From Bacteroidales bacterium (lineage in GTDB: Bacteria; Bacteroidota; Bacteroidia; Bacteroidales; WCHB1-69), in contig JAZUEE010000073.1 in assembly GCA_045639985.1 (NCBI GenBank), positions 1-44,269 on the forward strand: a stretch of DNA of 44,269 bases. Direction: 5' to 3'. Below, piece by piece: positions 1-7,108 of the stretch (positions are counted from its first letter, which is position 1; every line of letters begins with the position of its first letter). The position numbers were made by a program, and so were the translations under genes. The notes beneath the pieces are model-generated. The model had not been told where the DNA came from. It ran no database searches and saw only the letters and a list, made by a program, of their open reading frames with translations.

Positions 1-141
1 GATGTGCAAATAATGGTGCGCCAATTGGCCTTGATCTACGGCCCGGACAAAGTGGCCAAAGAGATAGACCGAAAGGAACGCCGATTGATTCGCTGGATGG
101 ACAAGGAAAACAAACAATCAAAAGAATAGCGCAGTATGGTA
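1..141. repeat. Terminal direct repeat, exact copy of 44129..44269 (overlap of a circular contig)
   Basis: Direct comparison shows 1-141 identical to 44129-44269. The repeat falls inside the last CDS, so 1..129 duplicates that CDS 3' end including its TAG at 127-129. Confidence 0.95.
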
Positions 142-330
142 AATGCCTGTATACGCCGTGATGCCATGGGAACGCACAGGGTATTTTGCAAACGAGCCAA
201 GTTCAAGCATTGGCATGAATTGGGCAAGCATCACGAAACGGATGTTGCGTTTGAAAGGGCGTTGCGTTCTGGCTTGGTACGATGGGAAACGGCCATTGTT
301 GACCATTCCAAATTATTTTTGAAAGATTAA
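136..330 (+). CDS. hypothetical small basic His/Arg/Lys-rich protein (64 aa)
   Basis: ATG ORF starting 7 nt after the preceding stop and ending 1 nt before the promoter repeat at 331. It uses the genome-typical TTG Leu codons. No motif recognised. Confidence 0.4.
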   Translation: MVNACIRRDAMGTHRVFCKRAKFKHWHELGKHHETDVAFERALRSGLVRWETAIVDHSKLFLKD

Positions 331-340
331 GTAAAAAAGT

Positions 341-371
341 TTTGGTATTTAAATAACTATACTTATATTTG
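341..371 (+). promoter_or_regulatory. Bacteroidota-type promoter, early-promoter repeat copy 1 (TTTG 341-344, 19-nt spacer, TATATTTG 364-371)
   Basis: Matches TTTG-N19-TAnnTTTG. The ~100-nt block 331-427 recurs at 9581-9678, 34651-34752 and 37721-37818. Confidence 0.7.
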
Positions 372-395
372 CATTCGGAAATAATGACCAACGCA

Positions 396-411
396 CCGGG
401 GCGGTTCCCGG
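396..411 (+). promoter_or_regulatory. Leader hairpin CCGGG-GCGGTT-CCCGG, 16 nt upstream of the ATG at 428
   Basis: Perfect 5-bp stem with a 6-nt loop, followed by ATAAAACA. Same design at seven other leaders. Confidence 0.7.
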
Positions 412-427
412 ATAAAACATAAAGATT

Positions 428-703
428 ATGAACACAACATTTGTACAGGACATCGCAATAATCGCAAACCATTTGAATGGTAAAATTGAATTTTCAAACA
501 TCAAGTTTAACCAGAAATTGTTGGGCGAGGAATACCGCGAGAAAAATGTAAACAACATTGTATTTGTCAAGAAGGTGTATGGCGTATATTTTTATACAAC
601 ACGTGCTGCAATGGAATCAATGATAATGTTGAGTAAAAAGGAAATGCCGGTGTTGGTGGGTTGTGATAACTCCTTGAATCTTTACGAGATTACCAAGTGG
701 TAA
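428..703 (+). CDS. hypothetical protein (91 aa), first gene behind early promoter copy 1
   Basis: ATG ORF directly downstream of the promoter and leader hairpin. No motif recognised. Confidence 0.7.
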   Translation: MNTTFVQDIAIIANHLNGKIEFSNIKFNQKLLGEEYREKNVNNIVFVKKVYGVYFYTTRAAMESMIMLSKKEMPVLVGCDNSLNLYEITKW

Positions 704-709
704 TGAAAT

Positions 710-780
710 TGCCCTGTGGTGTAATGGTAACACACCAGATTTTGGTTCTGGTATTCACGGTTCGAGTCCGTGCGGGGCAA
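710..780 (+). tRNA. tRNA-Gln (anticodon TTG)
   Basis: Hand-folded cloverleaf. Acceptor TGCCCTG/CGGGGCA; D stem GTGT/ACAC with loop AATGGTA. Anticodon stem CCAGA/TCTGG with loop TT-TTG-GT; T stem CACGG/CCGTG with loop TTCGAGT. 71 nt, no encoded CCA. Confidence 0.88.
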
Positions 781-798
781 CAAAAACATAAAATATAA

Positions 799-1272
799 AT
801 GAATATAAAACATAGAAATACTGATGCGGAATTTATAGAAGCTGCGAAGCATTCAAGAAGCATTGCCGGAATGTGTCGTTATTTGGGGCGTTCTCCATTC
901 GGTGCCGGATATAAGATTGTACACAAGAAGATTAAAGAATTGAATATTGATGTTTCGCATTTTACAGGTAGGGGATGGAATGTTGGATTGGGATTCAAGC
1001 CAAACCCCAAAAAGGATATGAAAGAATGTTTGGTTGAAAATTCATCCTATACCTGTACCAACACATTACGATTGCGATTGTTGCGTGAAGGATACAAGGA
1101 ACATAAATGCGAAATCTGCGGAAATACTGAATGGAATGGAAAACCAATACCATTGCAATTGCACCATAAAAATGGAATACACAATGATAACAGATTGGAA
1201 AATTTGCAAATTTTATGTCCAAATTGTCACGCACAAACCGACACGTTTGCCGGAAAGAATATGAAAAAATAA
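799..1272 (+). CDS. HNH homing-type endonuclease (157 aa)
   Basis: C-terminal CEICG...LQLHHKNGIHNDNRLENLQILCPNCH is an HNH motif with paired Cys. The gene sits 18 nt after one tRNA and 5 nt before the next. Confidence 0.85.
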   Translation: MNIKHRNTDAEFIEAAKHSRSIAGMCRYLGRSPFGAGYKIVHKKIKELNIDVSHFTGRGWNVGLGFKPNPKKDMKECLVENSSYTCTNTLRLRLLREGYKEHKCEICGNTEWNGKPIPLQLHHKNGIHNDNRLENLQILCPNCHAQTDTFAGKNMKK

Positions 1273-1277
1273 TACAT

Positions 1278-1359
1278 GCCCACGTGATGGAATTGGTAGA
1301 CATACAAGTTTCAAAAACTTGCGCCGAAGGGCGTGCCGGTTCAACTCCGGCCGTGGGTA
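1278..1359 (+). tRNA. tRNA-Leu (anticodon CAA), long variable arm
   Basis: Hand-folded. Acceptor GCCCACG/CGTGGGT (G1-U72 wobble); D arm ATG-GAATTGGTAGA-CAT. Anticodon stem CAAGT/ACTTG with loop TT-CAA-AA; 13-nt variable arm. T stem GCCGG/CCGGC with loop TTCAACT. 82 nt. Confidence 0.85.
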
Positions 1360-1360
1360 C

Positions 1361-1451
1361 AAATGGCGGGTGTCATTCCTAACAAGTTAAACTTTAAAAC
1401 AATTTTTGTCTTTATAAGAAAACACCCATTTTACGCACTCACCCGCCATTT
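1361..1451. repeat. 12-bp perfect inverted repeat (AAATGGCGGGTG 1361-1372 / CACCCGCCATTT 1440-1451) enclosing 67 nt
   Basis: The arms are exact reverse complements and are followed by ATTTTG. The repeat starts 2 nt after tRNA-Leu. Confidence 0.8.
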
Positions 1452-1465
1452 ATTTTGAAAGCCGA

Positions 1466-1481
1466 CCGGGCGTATTCCCGG
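1466..1481 (+). promoter_or_regulatory. Leader hairpin CCGGG-CGTATT-CCCGG, 18 nt upstream of the ATG at 1500
   Basis: Same CCGGG-N6-CCCGG formula as 396-411. Confidence 0.65.
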
Positions 1482-1499
1482 AACTGAAAAACAAGCGAT

Positions 1500-1679
1500 A
1501 TGATTGTTGATGAGGGCGGCGCAATACGCCACCAGATGAGCCAAGAGAAATTAAGCAGATTATACAGGGATATGGCCAACTTTGTTGCCGACCTTACATA
1601 CGAAGAATACAAGGCCAACGAACAGGCCATAACAGGCATCAAGACCCTGTTGCACCAAAGGATAATACAAACCAAATAG
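1500..1679 (+). CDS. hypothetical protein (59 aa), below the ORF-track size cutoff
   Basis: Hand translation: MIVDEGGAIRHQMSQEKLSRLYRDMANFVADLTYEEYKANEQAITGIKTLLHQRIIQTK, stop TAG 1677-1679. It is preceded by a leader hairpin at the usual distance and fills the gap before 1691. Confidence 0.6.
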   Translation: MIVDEGGAIRHQMSQEKLSRLYRDMANFVADLTYEEYKANEQAITGIKTLLHQRIIQTK

Positions 1680-1690
1680 CGATACGAATT

Positions 1691-3097
1691 ATGTACATCA
1701 AGAAATTGCAATTGTCAAATTTCCAAGTTATCAAGGAATTTGATGCCGACTTTACCGGCAACGTGTATTTCATCACAGGCGATAACGAGTTGGGCAAATC
1801 AACCCTTCTCAAAGCCATTGGCGCATTGCTGACAGGCAACCGTGATGAGGTGTTGAGAAACGGAGAATCCAAAGGATTTGCCAAGATGGTAATTGGCGAT
1901 GATGGCGAGGAATACGATGTGTCTTTGTCGTTTACCGAAGCCAACCCACGCGGCACACTCTCCATCAAACAAAAGTCAACCGGGATGCAGTCCAACAACG
2001 TGTCCATGTTGCAAAAGATTTTCGGGTATCAAGACTTTGATGCCGTGGAGTTCTCGCGTTGGTCGGAAACCGCCGAGGGAAGGCGCAAGCAGATAGAGGT
2101 CGTAAAGGGGTTGTTGCCTGTTGAGGTGCGCGAACGCATTGCCGAGATTGACACCACCGTTGCCGACTTGAAAGCAGAACGCACAGGCGTTAACCGCGAT
2201 GTCAAGACCTATGTTGCCATGGCGAAGGAAGCCGCATCAAAGATTGATACCGTGGAACTTGACAAATACGCCGAGCCAATCAACGTTACCGAGCTGATGG
2301 AACAACAGGCCAATGCCATCAAGTTGGAAGAGAAGGCCAAACAGGTGCGTGCCGCCAAGGCGCAGCGCGAGGAACAAATAGCGGCCATCCCAGATCGTCT
2401 GCGTAATGTGGATGCCGAGTTTACCGCAAAAAAGGAAGAATTGCACAAGTTGGTTGAAGCCGCACGAATCGCGTATGAACAGGCAAGGGAAAACGAGAAA
2501 TTGGGCGTTGAAAGCTTGAACGCGCAACATATTGAAGCCATACAGGCAATTGAAGCCGAACGCAAGGATTATGAAGCACGCAAGGCCAATGCGGTTAAGT
2601 GGCTTGAAGATTACGAAGCCAACAAACCCGCCGATATTTCCGAGCAGCTTGCAAGTGCTGATTTTCACAACAAGATGCACGCGTTGGTTGCAGATTACCG
2701 CACCAAATCACTCAAGGCAGAAACCGCCAAGGCACAGGCCGAGAAAATGGATGAAAATATATCCAACCTCATGGCAGAACGTGCCGACCTCGTTAATAAC
2801 TCAAAGCTTCCAATCAAAGGCTTGTCGTTCAATGAAGATGGCTTGATGCTTAACGATGTTCCATTTGTGCCGGGCAAGGTTTCCGATTCGCAGATAATGG
2901 AGATTGCGGCCAAGTTGGTCATTGCAAGCAATCCAAAAGTCAATGTGTTCTGCATCGCACGCGGCGAATCTCTGGGTGCAAAGAGGTTGGAAAACATTGT
3001 GACCATTGCCAAGAAATACGGCTTCCAAGGCTTCATTGAACAGGTGCAGCGCGGGCAAACTGAAATGGCCGTTGAAGAATACACCGAAAAGGAATAA
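1691..3097 (+). CDS. SMC/SbcC/RecF-like AAA ATPase with central coiled coil (468 aa)
   Basis: N-terminal Walker A (FITGDNELGKSTLL), a long Ala/Glu/Lys-rich helical middle and a globular C-terminus. No partner Mre11/SbcD-type nuclease recognised nearby. Confidence 0.7.
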   Translation: MYIKKLQLSNFQVIKEFDADFTGNVYFITGDNELGKSTLLKAIGALLTGNRDEVLRNGESKGFAKMVIGDDGEEYDVSLSFTEANPRGTLSIKQKSTGMQSNNVSMLQKIFGYQDFDAVEFSRWSETAEGRRKQIEVVKGLLPVEVRERIAEIDTTVADLKAERTGVNRDVKTYVAMAKEAASKIDTVELDKYAEPINVTELMEQQANAIKLEEKAKQVRAAKAQREEQIAAIPDRLRNVDAEFTAKKEELHKLVEAARIAYEQARENEKLGVESLNAQHIEAIQAIEAERKDYEARKANAVKWLEDYEANKPADISEQLASADFHNKMHALVADYRTKSLKAETAKAQAEKMDENISNLMAERADLVNNSKLPIKGLSFNEDGLMLNDVPFVPGKVSDSQIMEIAAKLVIASNPKVNVFCIARGESLGAKRLENIVTIAKKYGFQGFIEQVQRGQTEMAVEEYTEKE

Positions 3098-3142
3098 CAC
3101 ATAACCGGGTGCGGCATTGTCCGCACCCATGTTTCAAACGAT

Positions 3143-3658
3143 ATGAAAAAGTTAATCCCACGTTTAAGGTCGGTCATTGAATACAATCGCATGGAAAAGT
3201 TAACCCCACAACAAAAAGCGGCCATTGAATACAACCGCCGTTTGGCAAACAGGGAGTTTAAAGAGCCAGAAGCATTATGCGGAAAAACGCGTTATGACTT
3301 GATGATAACGCCTGAATTTGAAACCATTTTGACGGCTTATATCAACGAACAGGTGGAAACACGAACAAAGGTATTGGAAACAATCGCCGAGTTGAAGAAA
3401 AAGGGTAAAATGGTTGCCGAGAATCGCCCAACGATTGACCGCGTTATGGAATTGGGCATAATGAATGATCCGGCAGATTTTGCCGTTGCATTCGTTGATG
3501 TTGAAAATAAGCAAAGTAAATATCCGGCCGACATTCGTTTGTATATCCATCAGTTGGGGATGAAGGCATTTAATGCAACGATTGAAAAGTTCATCTGTGA
3601 TGCCAACCCGGATATGGCCGAATTACGCAAGACTGCAATGTCATCATCTAAAAACTAA
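3143..3658 (+). CDS. hypothetical protein (171 aa)
   Basis: ATG ORF 12 nt after an 8-bp hairpin (GGGTGCGG/CCGCACCC). Contains a duplicated IEYNR peptide, seen as an 18-nt direct repeat at 3175 and 3223. Confidence 0.7.
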   Translation: MKKLIPRLRSVIEYNRMEKLTPQQKAAIEYNRRLANREFKEPEALCGKTRYDLMITPEFETILTAYINEQVETRTKVLETIAELKKKGKMVAENRPTIDRVMELGIMNDPADFAVAFVDVENKQSKYPADIRLYIHQLGMKAFNATIEKFICDANPDMAELRKTAMSSSKN

Positions 3659-3662
3659 TGAT

Positions 3663-3953
3663 ATGTGTTTCAAGAAAATTTTGGCGTTCTTTCGCAAGGC
3701 GAAACCGCAACCGCAACCAGAACAGGCACCGACCAAACGCAACCGAGTTCGTGCGATTGGTAAGTACAAACCCAAATCCGATTATGTCCGCTTGACAAAC
3801 GTTGCACAGGCGGCGGGCGTATCAACGCAAGTTGTGGCCGAAGCGGCAAAGGAAACGGGCGCAAATGTGTTCCATTTCATAGGAGAAAGCCACGCCATGG
3901 TAACAAAGGCCGATGCGGTTGAGCTGCACACCTACATTTGCAAGAACAAATGA
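3663..3953 (+). CDS. hypothetical protein (96 aa), basic N-terminus
   Basis: Start moved to the in-frame ATG at 3663, just after the upstream stop at 3656-3658; the track start 3573 overlaps the previous gene by 86 nt. Has an Arg/Lys-rich stretch TKRNRVRAIGKYKPK. Confidence 0.6.
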   Translation: MCFKKILAFFRKAKPQPQPEQAPTKRNRVRAIGKYKPKSDYVRLTNVAQAAGVSTQVVAEAAKETGANVFHFIGESHAMVTKADAVELHTYICKNK

Positions 3954-4381
3954 AACGCCGCGAAATATCAGCATCGGGCATTATCAACGCCAACGGTGCC
4001 TTGGCAATGTACATGGGCGAGGTAAACGCGTTCTTTGCAAGCAATAAAGGCCAAAGGGTTGTTGCTCGTTTCATTGTAGCACCCAAAGCATCTTCCGATG
4101 CGTTGAAAGGATATTATTACCATTACGTTGTACCAACCATCAAGTTTGGCATCTGGAACACGGGGGATAGAAAGACCGAGCAGCAAACAGAATTGTTCTT
4201 GCGTTCCATTTCTCCTGTCTGCCATGAAGAAACCGTGAACGAAGAAACAGGCGTTTACAATCACAGGTTGCGAGAGATACCAGAGCTTGACAATACCGAG
4301 TTGATTGACCACATTGAAACAATCCGGCAATTCGCCGCAGAAAACTTGAATGTGTTTGTTGATGACCCAAGAACATTATGA
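3950..4381 (+). CDS. hypothetical protein (143 aa)
   Basis: ATG at 3950 forms an ATGA overlap with the upstream stop. The track start at 3938 is a TTG codon. Confidence 0.7.
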   Translation: MKRREISASGIINANGALAMYMGEVNAFFASNKGQRVVARFIVAPKASSDALKGYYYHYVVPTIKFGIWNTGDRKTEQQTELFLRSISPVCHEETVNEETGVYNHRLREIPELDNTELIDHIETIRQFAAENLNVFVDDPRTL

Positions 4382-4560
4382 ACGAAATACAGAAGAAGCC
4401 AAGCCGCAAACCGGCAATCAAATATGGCGTGCATTACAAAGGTTATCATCTGGTAACTATTGACCGCCAAGAAGCCGAAAAGGTATTTGAAGAATTGCCC
4501 GGCGGCATATTAACCGAGAAATCGCCAAGTGGCGAAACAACCATCATAAAAGAGAAATAA
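4378..4560 (+). CDS. hypothetical protein (60 aa)
   Basis: ATGA overlap with the upstream stop. No motif recognised. Confidence 0.6.
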   Translation: MNEIQKKPSRKPAIKYGVHYKGYHLVTIDRQEAEKVFEELPGGILTEKSPSGETTIIKEK

Positions 4561-4578
4561 CATAAAGCGATACGAACC

Positions 4579-5337
4579 ATGATTGATTTTAGCGAAATTG
4601 TTTACTTTGACTGTGAAACAACAGGCTTGCCGCCAAAGGATGCCAAATGGGATGTTGACTTTGAGCAATTCCCACGCATTTGCCAATTGTCTTGGATTTA
4701 CAATGGCAAGGAAGAAAACCACATTATCAAGCCGGAAGGTTGGACAATCCCACAGGAAGCCACCGATGTACATGGCATAACAACTGAATATGCCTTGGAA
4801 TATGGCGAACCGATTGCCGATGTAATGGCGCAATTCCTGCTTGATTGCTCACAGGCGAAATTGATATGCGGCCACAACATTTACTTTGATGTGTCAACCA
4901 TTAAATCCGAGCTGATGCGTGCGCAAGCATACGGAGAAATAGCCGAGCAAGCTTTGTTCAAGGGCAAGCGCATTGACACCATGCGCCCATCAATGAAATT
5001 CGTTGATGCCAGATTTTCCAATGGCCGTTTGAAATTTCCAAAATTGGAAGAGTTGTATGCACGATGCTTTCCGGGCGAAAGCTTCCCGGCGCATGATGCG
5101 ATTGAGGATGTGCGTGCCGTTGTTCGTTGTCTGCCTGTATTGGTTGAAAAAGGCATCATTGAACTTGTGGTTAAGGAGTACCCGGAAGAAACGGCCAATA
5201 ACGCCCCAATTTCGCAAGATGTAACCAAAGTGGATAAAGTACCCACACAGGAAGAAAAACGCCCGCAGAACGAAAATCCGGCTAAAATAACGCCAAACGG
5301 TAGGTTGGCCGAAATGTTGGCCGATGAAAATTTTTAA
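4579..5337 (+). CDS. DnaQ-like (DEDDh) 3'-5' exonuclease (252 aa)
   Basis: ExoI VYFDCETTGL, ExoII GHNIYFDVSTI, ExoIII FPAHDAIEDVRAV (H-x4-D). Confidence 0.85.
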   Translation: MIDFSEIVYFDCETTGLPPKDAKWDVDFEQFPRICQLSWIYNGKEENHIIKPEGWTIPQEATDVHGITTEYALEYGEPIADVMAQFLLDCSQAKLICGHNIYFDVSTIKSELMRAQAYGEIAEQALFKGKRIDTMRPSMKFVDARFSNGRLKFPKLEELYARCFPGESFPAHDAIEDVRAVVRCLPVLVEKGIIELVVKEYPEETANNAPISQDVTKVDKVPTQEEKRPQNENPAKITPNGRLAEMLADENF

Positions 5338-5340
5338 AAT

Positions 5341-5541
5341 ATGGAACCGATTTTATTGAATTATCCGCCACAGGTCGCGGAACAAGCCGTTGATGGAATG
5401 ATGCAACAGGCCGAGCAAGACCCCAATTGTGATGAAAACAAAAAGGCGATCTTTAAGGATGTACAAACCTTGGTAAAGTTCGCCATCAGTCAATTATTAC
5501 CATTACCCGCACCTGGCGGCACCGGGGAACATAAAAACTAA
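5341..5541 (+). CDS. hypothetical protein (66 aa)
   Basis: ATG ORF 3 nt after the upstream stop. Confidence 0.6.
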   Translation: MEPILLNYPPQVAEQAVDGMMQQAEQDPNCDENKKAIFKDVQTLVKFAISQLLPLPAPGGTGEHKN

Positions 5542-5547
5542 TGCAAT

Positions 5548-6174
5548 ATGAGCAATGAGGTAAAACCAAGTGAAAAGGATTTCTCGTTGGAGAAAGTAAA
5601 GCTTATCAATGGCGGTGGTATCAGCGCACAATATGAGGTAACCGAGGTTATCAATGGCGCATCATACGTTAACCATTACACGGTGGATAACGGCATGGAT
5701 ATACACCCAGGCTTGCAAAACCTGTTCAATGACTTGCGCCCGATTGTTGCGCGTGTTCTTAACATCACATCTTTCCTTTCCTTTGTTGAGGACAAGGCCA
5801 ACAAGATTTCCGAGAAAGTACAGGAACAGGCACGCTGCTTTGCAAACGAGTTGTTGCAGAACATTGAGGTGCGTGGCGTTTCGTATTCCGGCAAGGATGA
5901 CAACGTGGGTGTTGTTATTACCGTAGTGTACACAACGGCAAACGGCCTTAAAACCGCCATCAACACACCGCGCCTTAAAATGGCCACAATCTCGTTCGGC
6001 TTTGAAGAAGAGTTGGAAGCAATCGTGGGAAGCATTGAACGCGAGGTGTATGAATACCTGTTCAATGGCAAGCAAGCGCAGTTGTCTTTGTTTGGTGCTG
6101 ATGGCAACGCCACCGAGGAAGCCAAGCAGATGGCCGAAGAAGAAGCCGTATTGATGGAAGCAGAAAACATGTAA
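5548..6174 (+). CDS. hypothetical protein (208 aa)
   Basis: ATG ORF in tight packing. No motif recognised. Confidence 0.7.
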   Translation: MSNEVKPSEKDFSLEKVKLINGGGISAQYEVTEVINGASYVNHYTVDNGMDIHPGLQNLFNDLRPIVARVLNITSFLSFVEDKANKISEKVQEQARCFANELLQNIEVRGVSYSGKDDNVGVVITVVYTTANGLKTAINTPRLKMATISFGFEEELEAIVGSIEREVYEYLFNGKQAQLSLFGADGNATEEAKQMAEEEAVLMEAENM

Positions 6175-6179
6175 TCCCC

Positions 6180-6626
6180 ATGGCACAACCGTACATCATA
6201 ACCGAACGTTTTGAATACGATTACATCGTTTCGCGTGGCTTTGAACCATTGATTGATACAAGGCATTTTCGCATGGATGTGCGGTTGCGCATTGAGCTGC
6301 AACGTGAGAAATTCGGGCATTGTGTTTTCGGTCGTGGCGAAGATATTGCCGCCGCCAATGCCCGTTTTTTCAAATGGGTCTGGGAACACAAAAGGCATTG
6401 TTGCGAAGAATGCATGAAACCTTTGTATCGTTTTTCTGCAACGAATTGTTCCCACATCTTGACACGTGGCGCACACCCGGAAATGGCACATGATCCAAGA
6501 AATATCAACATCCTGTGTTATGATTGCCACGCCAAATGGGAGAATGGCAAACGCGACCAAATGCGCATCTTTCCGGCCAATCAGTTAACAATCCAAGAAT
6601 TAAGAAACGACTATGGCAGATATTAA
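6180..6626 (+). CDS. hypothetical protein with HNH-like Cys/His motif (148 aa)
   Basis: CCEEC...SHILTRGAHPEMAHDPRNINILCYDCH resembles a CxxC...H...N...CxxCH nuclease finger. The assignment is tentative. Confidence 0.5.
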   Translation: MAQPYIITERFEYDYIVSRGFEPLIDTRHFRMDVRLRIELQREKFGHCVFGRGEDIAAANARFFKWVWEHKRHCCEECMKPLYRFSATNCSHILTRGAHPEMAHDPRNINILCYDCHAKWENGKRDQMRIFPANQLTIQELRNDYGRY

Positions 6627-6753
6627 ATACAAAGAATGCGGCGATTGCAGACATTTTGACAATGGGGATGATTGCGATGTTTGCCGCAAGCATAACCGCC
6701 CGGCAGAATGTTACGATTTCCCGTGCGATGACTTTGATGATGGCGAACAATGA
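6613..6753 (+). CDS. hypothetical Cys-rich acidic miniprotein (46 aa), below the track cutoff
   Basis: Hand translation: MADIKYKECGDCRHFDNGDDCDVCRKHNRPAECYDFPCDDFDDGEQ, with two CxxC pairs. Its stop overlaps the next ATG (ATGA at 6750). Confidence 0.5.
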   Translation: MADIKYKECGDCRHFDNGDDCDVCRKHNRPAECYDFPCDDFDDGEQ

Positions 6754-7094
6754 GAACGAAAGAACCGAAACCATACAAACAGGATTTTGCGGAAATATCC
6801 CGGCGATCCATCAAACGTGATTTCCAAAATGCAAGCTTTCGCAAACAGGAACACAGGCCCGAAGGACAGGCCGAGCCGGACAACATCAAGCGCGTTTTGT
6901 CAATCAGTGACAAAAGCCAATATGCCAAATACAAACGATTCTTTATTGGCAAGTTGGTTCGGGTGTTAAGACCTGCCGCATCTGGTGGATGGTATGTGGA
7001 GTTTGTCCGTGATGAAGATCGCAGATTTTTGAACGCAAACGCCGAATGGCATGACAAGCGCGAATACCTGTTGGATGGCGCAAAATTTGACTAA
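6750..7094 (+). CDS. hypothetical basic protein (114 aa)
   Basis: ATG ORF. No motif recognised. Confidence 0.65.
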   Translation: MRTKEPKPYKQDFAEISRRSIKRDFQNASFRKQEHRPEGQAEPDNIKRVLSISDKSQYAKYKRFFIGKLVRVLRPAASGGWYVEFVRDEDRRFLNANAEWHDKREYLLDGAKFD

Positions 7095-7108
7095 CAAAAC
7101 AAACGATT

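Noticed and set aside
1-141. The 141-bp terminal repeat as a biological direct terminal repeat
   Set aside because: It is exact, of assembler k-mer-like size, and cuts through a coding sequence. An assembly overlap of a circular or permuted genome is the simpler explanation, although this cannot be excluded without read data.
3175-3238. 18-nt direct repeat CATTGAATACAAYCGC at 3175 and 3223 as iterons
   Set aside because: There are only two copies, both inside a coding region, and they encode a duplicated IEYNR peptide. That is insufficient to call a binding-site array.
5676-6560. Long minus-strand ORFs (for example 5676..6560 at 294 aa, 38025..38828 at 267 aa, 6943..7662, 38468..39181, 41551..42234)
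   Set aside because: All are antisense to + strand genes that carry clear motifs or tight operon structure. Their translations are Cys/Arg/His/Phe-rich and low-complexity, without motifs. I found no minus-strand promoter or terminator signals.
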